Source: Mobula hypostoma | Lineage: Eukaryota | Direction of reading: 5' to 3' | Assembly (NCBI RefSeq): GCF_963921235.1 | Contig: NC_086118.1 | Span: 16,494,001 to 16,558,000, forward strand | Length of the DNA: 64,000 nucleotides | Shown here: positions 25,901 to 37,900 of the stretch, one piece after another | Numbering within the stretch: the first letter of the stretch is position 1 | Layout of the letters: the number at the start of each line of letters is the position of its first letter | Notes under the pieces: generated by a model | Told to the model about the DNA's origin: nothing | Seen by the model: the letters and a program-made list of their open reading frames with translations, nothing else | Databases searched by the model: none | Made by a program: the position numbers and the translations under genes

Positions 25901-28900
25901 TTTAAATAGCCTTTGTTATTGATAGATTAATGAATGCCAGAGGATGCAGAGTCAGGATCACAACGGGTAGTGAATTGGTCTGGGGTAAAGTCAGAAAGTG
26001 CAATCAAATTTCTGCAGCTTAGAGCAGAAGAAGGAGAATAGTTAAGTTCCACAATGATCGGTGTTAGGATAACCATTGTTCAAAATTTGTAAGTAGATAA
26101 TGCCAAGGGGAAGTGAAGTGGAATAGACCCTACTGAAGATGACTGCAACAAAATTATAGAATTATGGAAATATTTAATATTTGCAGAATGAATGAATAAT
26201 TTTCAAAAAATCAGGGCAGATAAATTCAGGGTAGCAATTTTTACTGGATAATGCGAATGTGGCAAAGCAGAGAAGCAAAGGACGTGGAGTATAAATGCGC
26301 AAACTACTAAAGCTCTGCTATGAGGCCACTATAAATTGCTAACTATTTACTGCATTTATTTTTGGAGGGACAGACCTACTGTTCCCTTGAAGCTGTGCAG
26401 GTGCACGGCCACGCAGTACCAGAAATGCTCCAGCGCACATAGTCTTTGCTGATGCGCGGCTGGAATTTTATTTTGTTTTATGTTAATAGAATTTTGAAAT
26501 CTGTTATATAATTGTGATATTCCTTGTAATTAATGTCTTTATGAATATAATCCATAAATTTTCTAAACAATAAACATACTACAAACTTTAGTTTGAAACA
26601 CTTTAAAGCGTCAATGTACTTGCATTGTTACTAAGCCAAGTTGCAACACTGTTTAAAAAATAATTATAACAATAAACACAGAGTGGAAGCCTTGAGCCCT
26701 TAATAAATCGCTAGCCGGCTAAACGCCGACAAAAAATATTCAGCTACTATTATGAACTACAACACAAGGATTTCCTCAAAAATATTGCAGCAATACTATG
26801 ATTTCAAATTTGCCATCTCTGAGAAACTTAAGACCAGGTCAATGAAGACAATCATTGATATGTTTTACAACATGCTAGGAAATGGGGGGGGGGGGGACTG
26901 TCAATCCTTGTTGACATTGTTGGAACGTTTTAAGCTTCTATTGCTGTCTGCAAATATTGATTCAGTCTTATGAATTCAATGAAATGTATACCCAGGGACA
27001 GACTAGAAAGGGAAAATTTGGATGATCTAATGAGGATTAAGACACATCTTTCATCTAGATGTGAAATTCATCGGAACAGTGTTAACAGACAATGGGTTTA
27101 CAATAAAGACAGACGAGAAATAGTTTACAAAACCTGAAAGATTTTCTTTGTTTTGTATTTCATTATACTCTTTGATTAATAAAATCAGAAGTATGCGATT
27201 TTTCACTTTTGATTCTAAATATTCATTTGTATGCATATTACAAAACAAAAATTTAAGTGCTGCAGTTTTCAGGCCGTGTATATTTAAAAAAAATCCTGCT
27301 CAGAGAAATAGTTGGTTTGCACAGATGAAACAAAAAATTGAGGGAATGTTGGACAGAAATGAGAAATAGAACTGTTATGTTAAACCTGGATCTAATATTT
27401 GTTAATCTACATTTTGAATACTCTGCACATTTCTGGTTGCCATGTTATTAAAAGAGAATCTAGGCATAAGAGAAGTTGCAGATTTACAAGCACTACACCA
27501 AGAACACAAGGGTTAACAGTTCAGGTTCCTGTTTTCCCCTTCAGTAGACAACCATGGGATATGGCCTATTAGATGTAAAACTTTCATGTGGTTTCTTAAC
27601 AGGCCCCTTCTTGAAATCTATATGTATAGGCTCCCCTTTTATCCACCCTGCAGGGTGCACCTTTTAAGACCCTTTTCAAAAAAAAATTAGGTGCAATTTC
27701 CCTTTCATAAATTCACTTTTCTTCCACTCATTCTGCAAATAGTTTGAGTTTGCATTTTGGTTTGCAGAACGAAGGGTAGGTATTGGGGAGATCAGGGACG
27801 GAGGGAAACTGATGTGATGAGCAATTGTTTTTCCTTTTCTTTTTAAAGTATACTCTCCTGAAACAGATTCACAGCACTGGGCTGTGCAGGCTGGCGCTTG
27901 TTCAGGCAGGTTCCTTTTAAACTCCCTGGAGCTACACTCACCAGAAATGTGAATGCTTGCTTCTGCAAGAATAGACTGCGCCTTCCACAGGTCAGGCATG
28001 GGCAAATGAGGAACATGCAAGTGGTGTTCAGAGATGCTTTGCATACATTGGATTGCACCAACATGCCTGGAAACTGTGTTAGGACACCATGCGTATAGAT
28101 AATTTGAAATGAACAGAGCAGAAATTCATCGACACATTATTTACAGGCCAACAGTTATGCACGTATTTACATTGGGATTTTTAAACATCTGGTGTGGCAG
28201 CTTGCGGATCTTGAAACTTGGGTGTGTACAAAATGAGAAATGTATTCATGGCAAAACAAACAGGGCTGCTGGTGGAACTCAGTGGGTCAGGCAGCATCTG
28301 TAGAGGGAAGTAGACCGTTGGCATTTTTGGGTTAAGACTCTTAATTTGGACTGAAAGAGTAGACGGGAGACAGCCAGTGTCATGGGAGGGGGAGGGCGAG
28401 AAGTAGGGCAAGAGATGGCAAGCTAAAGGTGGATCCAGGTGAGGAGAGGCTGTATTGACAATGGGGTGGGGGGGGGGGGAGGAGGTCGGAAAAAGCAATT
28501 GCCAATTGCCTGGGTTGGAGGATGTTAGTTATGGGGAAAGATTGTTTTCCCTGGAGCTAAGGAGGCCAAAGGGTGATCTGATAGAAGGATAGAATGTTAT
28601 GAGAGGCACACATTCGATAAATAGTCAAAACCTTCTTTGCCTCCATAGCTGGGTTATTAATACCAAATGGGCATACATTTAAAGTGCGAGGACAGAGTTT
28701 TAAAGGGGTCCGAGGGGTAAGATTAGTACACAGTGCTTGATGCCTGGAATATGTTGCCTGGTGGACTCAAATATAATTACTGCATTTAAGAGGCATTTAG
28801 ACAAACCTTATCTTAAATAGAGAAGGTGTAGAAATAAAATGTCGTGATACAGGCAAATGAGAGCAGCAAGAATGTTGGCAGTCTCTGGAAACCCAGGTCA

Positions 28901-31900
28901 CAGTATCAAAATAAACTGCCAACCAATTAAGATATAGATGCGAATGTATTTCTCCATCTACTTAACAACGAAACATTGGAATTATCTACCCAGGAAACAG
29001 TGGTTACTCAGTCATATGCAAGACAGATATTTGCATACCTTGGGTATCACTAATGGATATAGGAAAATAGTACTGAGGTAAAAACAAAATTAGCTACAAT
29101 CTTATATCATTATACATAACCTCACTGCCAGTGAGATAAATTCCAAAATCATTTACGCTAATCTGCTGCTGCAACTCCTGTGGAGACTGATTTAATATCT
29201 TAAGAAATTATATACACGAGCGCTTTCTACCAGGGTTCAGCTTTAATGCAACTTGAAGGCATACCTCTTTGCTCAGCATATTGCTCACCTGAATATTTCA
29301 GCTCTGAATGCATTGTCTTGTATCATGACACCCTAACCCTTCGCCTATGGTTGATCACTTTCTCCTTGGGACTTTTAAACTAGTTTAGCAGGCTTCTCCA
29401 AGGCCTTACTCAAGATGAAAACTGCAAACATCCTTGGTACAGTTCAGTTCCCGTATCCATTGTGTCAACATCGATAATTTAGCGATTCTTAAGAAATCCT
29501 GGAACTTTCAGTTAAATTGTGAGAGTATTTCCTCCTGTCTTACTCTCATGGCTTGAAATATTTTAAGTATTTTTACTTTTCCCAGATTATGAGTCATCCC
29601 TATGAGTTCCTGAAAAGTTATTTTCCAGTTGTCTCCCTTTCAGCTGTGCAGAAGTCAACAAACTGTGCAAATCCAAATATAAATAAATAGCAATAAATAA
29701 CGAGAACATGAGATGAAAAGTTCTTGAAAGTGAGTCCATTGGTTGTGGGAACATTTTAATGATGGGACAAGTGATGTTGAGTGAAGTTATCCCATTTTGA
29801 TCAAGAGCCTGATGGGGGTTGAGGGGTAGTAACTTTTCTTGAACCTGTTGGGGTGAGTCCTGAGGCTCTTGTACCTTCTACCTGATGGCAGCAGCAAAAA
29901 GAGAGCATGTCCTGGGAAGTGAGGATGCTAATGAAAGATGCTGCTTTCCTAGGTCAGTATATCATATAGATGTGTTCAATGGTTGAGAAGGTTTTACTGT
30001 GATTGAGTGGGCCAGGGCCTGGTGTTTCCATACCAGGTTGTGATGCAGCCAGTCAATATACTCCCCACTACGCATCTAGGTAAATTTGTCAAAATCTGTC
30101 AAAATTTTGGATGTCATGTCGGAACTGCTAAGGAAATAGAGGCACTTGCCATGCTTTTTTGTGACTGCACTTCCGTTCCAGTTCCAGTATGTAATCTAAT
30201 CACAGCATTACAGAGTTCAGAGTATGACTAAACTTTATTTATGCTTTTTGGGTCTATAGTTCAACAGTCTACTTGCTCCATTTCCTCAACGGAAAATGAA
30301 TGACTACAACCTCGCTACAACATGCAATAGGCAAAGGAGGCTGAATGGGCTCTTCTGCGTCAGCTTGATGGAAAGTCTGCGTGCACTGATGACTGAATGG
30401 CAGAACGACATCTAACAATGAAGCTATTTTTGGGGATGTTTTGGGTCAGAAAAAGGGGCATCTGCTGCACAGGCTATTTGCTCTAACATAGAACATAGGA
30501 ACAAGCCCGTGACGCCTGTGCTGAACACGATGCTAAATTACTGTAAATCTCCTTTGGCTGTACGCGGTCCCTATCCCTCCAGTCCCTGCACATTCATATA
30601 TCTAACAGCCACTCTTGCATCTGCTTCCACCACTACCCCTGGCAGCCCGTTCCACGCACCCACCTCACTCTGTAAAAGACTCCTCTAAATTTATCCCTTT
30701 CTCCCCTTAAATGCATGTCCTCTTGTATTAGTCACTTCTACCCTGCACAAATATTCTGGGGCAGCCTCCCTGGTCACTGGAGGGGCACAAATCCTTGACA
30801 CGACTGAGGTCCTGCTATCTGCAGATCAGCACCGCACTTGTGCGTTCAGATTACTTGAAGGCGACTTAAAATCAAGTACAGCCTCAACATTTTGACAATT
30901 TAGGTGGTCTCACTGTCCCTCCCATTAGCAAAGATCACATTCTTTTTGCCGAAGTGCCACAAATCCTCTCGAAGTGCAGGATTTGCTTAAGGATACTGTA
31001 GAACTGCAAAGATTAACAGCGCCGCCAGGTTATTTGGCTCTAGGAATAAACCAATTGCATAAAAGTAAATCAAACATGTAAAAACTCTCTGCATTCTGCT
31101 TCCTGGGACTGCACTTTCCCTGTAGTTGTTAGACTTTGCTCTGCAATCTGTTATTGTTTTACTTTGTCTCACCTCACTGTGTAATGATTTGATTTATATG
31201 AACAGTATGCAAGATCAGCTCTTCACTGTATCTCAGTATATTTGACAATAAGAAACCAATTCCAACTGGCAACCAGTAGGTATGCTGTAGACATGGGAGC
31301 TTTACTCTGATGTGGTTCCAACTTCAGATTGAATGAGCTTATATCCGAGTCAGACAGCACAGTTCGAAACAATGTATCAGCAAAATTCCTCCATATCGAC
31401 TTTAAAGGGTACTGCTATTAGCTTGTACAACAATCCACAAATAAAAGGAAGATGGATTTTATGCTGCCAACAGAGAAATACCTTGGACTACCTCTACCTA
31501 GGCTCTGCTCTCACTGGACACCAAGGGGCTAGGTCTTGTGTAACACCTGAAGTGTGCATTGGTCAAAAAAAAAGGGCTACATTGGTACCTTGCACTCAGA
31601 ATGTATTAGCTTGATGAATCGACGAGGAATGTAAAGTGCACTGTTTTGTAATTCTCATGCATATATATTTTTAAGATTAAAGTTCATCTTAAAAGCCTCT
31701 TCAGACAGAGCAACCCATCTTACCTGTATTGTAGTGGTTGCGAGAGGTGACGATGACTCGGTGAACTTTGTTTCCGAAGGCAAACTCTCTGACCCCTGGG
31801 ATTCCTGACTTCCGGGTTGTTCTGGAGACAGAGCATCATTGCTGCTGTCTTCTTCAAAGGAAAATGTATCAGGGGCCTTAGGGAAATTAACTTGGCCAAC

Positions 31901-34900
31901 TGTTGACAAAAGGAAAACCACAAATAGAAGCAACTTATTTTTGCAACCACCAGGAATAAGCAGAGTTTAACTCTTAACATATAAAATCTATTTGAACTTC
32001 CAATCATCCAAGTAAAGGGTTTCAAGATAGAAATAATAGATGCATGGACAAAAAAAACTGTGCATTACTTTGATATTGAAGGAAAATGCAATATCAAAAT
32101 TGAACATTAATTCTCAATATTCATTCTAAGAGAATTATCTAAATATCTATTCCCTTCTCACACATCCTTATGCCCACAATAATGGGCCTGGAAACAACAC
32201 TAAGGCACTAATCTTTCTGGATTCTCTTGATTACCATCCCCAAATCACTTTAAAACAGACAGGAAGTCTTAAGTTCCTGGTTCAGCAGGTGGGTTATTCT
32301 GAAACTGTGGCTTCTGACGTATTTGATCTGCATGAATTATTTTTGATAGAATTTGACTCACAACATTCAAAAAAAAACAGAGACACACAGCAGGCCAGGC
32401 AACATCTGTGGATAAAGAAATGAGAATTAATGATTTAGGTCTGAAACAGTCTGTCAGAAGTGACGAATGACCTTGAATTGAAATGTTAACTCTTCTTCGC
32501 TCTCACATATATTGCCTGGCCAGCATCTTTGGTTTTTATTTCAGATTGGTTTTTGATCTTCATTGGTTCCCATGTTCAGTTTAGGGGTTACGGGTGAGTG
32601 TCTCTTGGCACTTACCATCACTTAGCAAGTCTGGAATACCCGAGTGGTGGTGAAGGTCCTATACTCAAAGCAGAAGTTCTACTCATCACCTGTTAGCTGT
32701 GCTTTAGCATCCAGTGATACAGCATAAACTTATTCCATAAAAAGCCTGCCCATCAACCTGTTCTGAGTTAGCCTGGCTTAGATCCAGTAAGTAGACTTGT
32801 AAGAAACTGTTTTTCTTAAATAAAACTAAATACAAATGATTCGGGATAACTGCAGTTTGCAATACTTTTAATATAAAAATGCTTAAAAAAAATTGACCTG
32901 ACAAGACAATGTCAGGAGATCAATAAATGTGCAGCTTTGTTCCCTCATACATCAAGGCTGCTAGTATATTGTAAAGAAATCATTGCTGATTACTGGAAGT
33001 CCAACAATGGAAACTTCTTTTCAAGCGCACCATCAGCTGATATTTGCACATATTTCCAAAGACTCCAGAGTCACCATTAATCTGCATTTGGGATCTCAAT
33101 TCTGCTTTCCAATGCAACACTTCACAGCTGTGCTGAATTCTTTGGTAAATGAACACGTGGAATTTATTTCACTGAAACCCTTCAGTGTTATTCAGCAAAG
33201 TCAGCCAATAATGAGCAAAAGCACATGTCAGACATTATTTTTGTACAAGTTAAAAGTCAAATCCCCAAACTGTCTTTGTTCGCATGCTTAGAACCTTATG
33301 ATGCTACACAGTGAGTGAATGGTATCAGTTTTCTTTTTCTCCACCGGATGCATTCTGCAGGTTTACACACAGATTTTACGCCATAAAACCATAGCAATCT
33401 AAGAGGAGTGCCCAGTGTCATTCCAGCAGTCACTCAAGAATTCCAAACGGTAATAGAACCATGGTGGGTGGTTTCTCTGCAATTCTGGGAGGGCTTGTTG
33501 AAAAATCCAAATCCAAAGGAAAATGTTCCAATAGCACTGTCATCTTACAATAATTTATAACAGATCTGAAACCAAAACAGTGCTACTGTGCAGTGTAAGA
33601 AAGTCCAAATCAGAAGAGACACATCCATTATATATTGCTTATATGAATAAAATTACAAATGCTTTTAAAATGTGTTTCTGTGTACATCAGTAATATTTTC
33701 ATACTTCTATTCTACATCTGATTTCATTCCCATTCTTTTGTGGATAGATTTGACACATCCTCAATTGTCAAAAACAAGTCATCAGACCGATCAACACATC
33801 CACCTACCAACTCACCCCACCACCCCTACATACACATGTCACTTTATGCACATACAACATAACAGTTACTTGCACATTGAGTTTTGTAGGAATGCTTTTA
33901 TATTTATTCTGTTTTTATACTCATCGTATTTATGATGCTGTATCAGATCCAGAGTAGCAATCATTTTGTTCTCCTTTACATCCGTGTATTGAAGAATGAC
34001 AATAAATAATCTTCAATCTTTAAATTAGTGGCACCATTAACATTCACTGAAAGTACACCCACTTAACTGGTTCTTTCAAAAGAATGATCTGAGTATCACA
34101 AGCCGATGTGCAAGAACTTCACTGCACAAAGTTGGAAAAAAAAACTGCACAGTGCCAAGCAAACATTAAATTAGCATTATGAAAGTGTAGCATAGTGGGC
34201 AGCATGGTAGTGTAGTGATTAGCACGATGCTTTTCAGTTCCAGTGACCCAGGTTCAATTCCTGCAGCTGCCCGTAAGGAGTGTGTACGTTCTCCCCGTGA
34301 CTACGTGGGTTTCCTCCGGGTGCTCCAGTTTCCTCCCATAGAACAAAGGACATACTGGTTGGTAGGTTGGCCTTTGTAAATTGTCCTGTGATCAGACTAG
34401 GGTTAAGTTGGAAGTTACTGGGCATCATGGTTCGAAGGGCCGATAGGACCTATTCTATACTGTAAGTCAATTAAAAAAAACTCAGCTTGTCAGGCAGCAT
34501 CTATGGAAATGAATAAACCATGGGTATTTTGGGCTGGCACCCTTCTTCAAGGAATGGGGAGGATGACAGAGTAAAAAGGTGGGGGAGGGGAAGGAGGATA
34601 GATAGAAGGTGAAGCCAAGTGGGTGGGAAAGGTAAAGGGCTGGAGAAGAAGGAATCTGATAGGAGAGGACAGTGGACCACAGGAGAAAGGGGAGGTAGAG
34701 GGGATCCGGAGGGCAGTGATAGGCAGGTGAGAAGAAGTAAATGACAGAGTGGGGAATTGAAGACGAGGGGAGGAGGGAGGTAAAAAAAATATGGAAAGGA
34801 GAAATCAATATTCATACAACACATCAAAGTTGCTGGTGAACGCAGCAGGCCAGGCAGCATCTCTAGGAAGAGGTACAGTCAATGTTTCGGGCCGAGACCC

Positions 34901-37900
34901 TTCGTCAGGACTAACTGAAGGAAGAGCTAGTAAGAGATTTGAAACTGGGAGGGGGAGATCCAAAATGATAGGAGAAGACAGGAGGTGGAGGGATGGAGCC
35001 AAGAGCTGGACAGGTGATTGGCAAAAGGGATATGAGAGGATCATGGGACAGGAGGCCCAGGGATAAGGAAAAGGGGGAGGGTGGGGAAAAAACGCCAGAG
35101 GATGGGCAAGGGGTATAGTCAGAGGGACAGAGGGAGAAAAAGGGGGGAGAGAGAAAGAATGTGTATATATAAATAACGGATGGGGTACGAGGGGGAGGTG
35201 GGGCATTAGCGGAAGTTTGAGAAGTCAATGTTCATACTATCAGGTTGGAGGCTACCCAGACGGATATACTGTGTTGTTCCTCCAACCTGAGTGTGGCTTC
35301 ATTTTTACAGTAGAGGAGAATATAAGGTGTTGTTCCTCCAACCTGAGTGTGGCTTCATCTTTACAGTAGATTTATATACACACATTCTTTCTCTCTCTCT
35401 CCTTTTTCTCCCTCTGTCCCTCTGACTATACCCCTTGGCCATCCTCTGGGTTTCCCCCCCCCCGCCTTTTCCTTCTCCCTGGGCCTCCTGTCCCATGATC
35501 CTCTCATATCCCTTTTGCCAATCTCCTGTCCAGCTCTTGGCTCCATCCCTCCCCCTCCTGTCTTCTCTATCATTTTGGATCTCCCCCTGCCCCTCCCACT
35601 TTCAAATCTCTTACTATCTCTTCCTTCAGTCAGTCCTGACGAAGGGTCTCGGCCCGAAACGTTGACTGTACCTCTTCCTAGAGATGCTGCCTGGCCTGCT
35701 GCGTTCACCAGCAACTTTGATGTGTGTTGCTTAAATTTCCAGCATCTGCAGAATTCCTGTTGTTCACACCATCAGGTTGGAGGCTACCCAGACAGAATGA
35801 TGATGATGGTGATGAACGGTGAATGCTCCTCCATCCGGAGGGTGGCCTCCTCTTGGCAGAAGAGGAAACCATTGTGTGCACTTTTCTGGAGGAAATAACA
35901 TGGTCAATAATGACATTCCATTTTTATTTTCTGGTGTGAGATCTTTTTCAGGTGTGTATTTTTTCCAGTATCTACTTCTTTCAAATGGTGCAGTGCCTAA
36001 CATTCATCTCCAGGGAGATTTCCAAACACAATGGCCAAAACTCCCAGCATAAATAAATTCTAGTAATACTGATTGCTCCACAGCGTGGCTTTAAGGGACA
36101 CCATGCTGCACAAATGTCAACTAAACTGACCCAAAGTAGGACCTCACTCACATCACCAACAAGTGGTTTCAGTAGAATCCCCCTCAAAATTTAGTGGCCG
36201 GAATAAATCCTGTAAATAGAGCCGCACTTTCATACTCATTGAGTGAGGAGTGAAAAAAAATTGGATATTCGGCCCATTGAGTCTGCTCCAATCATAACCA
36301 ATTTGATTTTTCAAACCACATTCTTCTACCTTCTCTTTGTAACTCTTAACTCATTTACCAATCAAGAACCTATCAATCTCGGCTTTAAATATATCTAAAG
36401 ACTTGACCTTCAGAGCTGTATCTGACAATGAATTCCCACATTCACTACTCTCTGGCGAAAGGAATTCCTCCTCATCTCTGTTCTAAAGGGACATCCCGTT
36501 ATTCTGAGGGCGTGCCCTCAAAGCTGACCCTCTCCTATTAATGGAAAAGTCCTCTCCTTATCTGCTTTATCCAGGCCTTTCAGTATTCAGTAGTAAGGGC
36601 CACTTCCTGTAAGGGCCACTTCCTGAGGTCTGCATTGAGAATGTATGTGCTGATTAGACTGGCAAAGCCAGGCTTTTCTGAAATGGACTGGTAACACACA
36701 GGAAGCCCAACTGCATTATCTTTTGAGCTGGTGCTAACTAACTTTGCTCCCTTTTTAATATTTCCTAATTAATATTAGATTGCTAATGCATCAACTGCAG
36801 CAAACTTCTACACGACCAATCTTTCAGTGGATTTTACATTTTACTTTGTGGACCAAATACTTCTAAAAGATGTATAAAAATGTCAAATGTATAAGGTAAC
36901 AGAATACGTGCTTTCATAACCGATCTTTATCGGGGCAAGGGAATGCGAACTGCTGTAGAGGGTGGTCTTGTCATGACTCATAATGTGTTATTTCATACCC
37001 TGCTTGCTATCATTCCCTCATCCAGACAGGAGAGAATGGTCGTTTTGTCATTTAACAAAATGTGGCTACTACTTGAAAGAACACGATGTTCTTGTGGGCT
37101 GAAGGAGAGAATGAAGTCATTAGAGTTCTTCCCTTAGTCATTTGGTGCTATTATCAAAGCACCCAAATTGTGAGGAAATTTTCCAGGATTATAGGATCAA
37201 ACTGACAACAGCTCTTGACCCCAGAGGTCTCCTGATAAGTGAAGTGTTGAGAAATAAGACCGATGGCAGAATACTAAGTAATGGAATGGATATGGTAACC
37301 TGACATAGAGCGACCTGGCATTTATCATTCAGTCACACACTCAGACAGCAAGGGGAAAACAACAGCACTTCATGCCAGATAGGAGGAAAATTTGTTTTAC
37401 TTCTACCACCCGTACATTTGGTGTCTAAATATCACATCGTAGCTGGTGACCTCACAGGATATTTTGCAGCAAAGCATCTCAATGGGTCATTTTTTAACAT
37501 ACACAGACCTGCAGAAAGGAGCAAAGTCCCACACAGTTGCTGTTGCAATAGTTAATGTTACATTGTACTGCATCCAACTAGTACAAGACATTGCTTGATT
37601 CAAATTAATGAGGTAGTTAATTCTGTAAAACACTATTTGCAAACTGCTGCCAAACAACTTCAAGAAATCTATGGCATCACCAATCAGCTGTATCCAATTT
37701 TAAATTCTTCCTTTGAACAGAGCAGCAAAGAATTATTAAGTAACTACAATGAGACTTGGATGGAGAACTGATAGACTTATGTTTTCTTGCTGATAGGATC
37801 TTGATATAAATTTAATCCTGTGCAATGGATGATTTGCCTCGTGGTAGAGGTGCCAATTATCCTGGATAGAATCAAAGTTACAGAAGGAGAAAAATAATGC

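Larger units (their letters stand above)
34818..35760. mobile_element. Penelope-like element fragment with inverted terminal repeats (pLTRs)
   Basis: Inverted arms at about 34817-35174 and 35370-35729. The centre encodes, on the minus strand, a GIY-YIG C-terminus ...[16 protein letters not shown] (stop 35206-35208). Both arms carry hammerheads. Imperfect TSD tattcatac/tgttcacac. Confidence 0.8.

Noticed and set aside
34197..34275. tRNA gene
   Set aside because: A/B boxes continue into a V-SINE body and no cloverleaf is evident.
34791..35898. Cluster of 90-183 aa ORFs on both strands
   Set aside because: Low-complexity translations of inverted Penelope terminal repeats; the same peptide ([20 protein letters not shown]) recurs in related form at other repeat copies.
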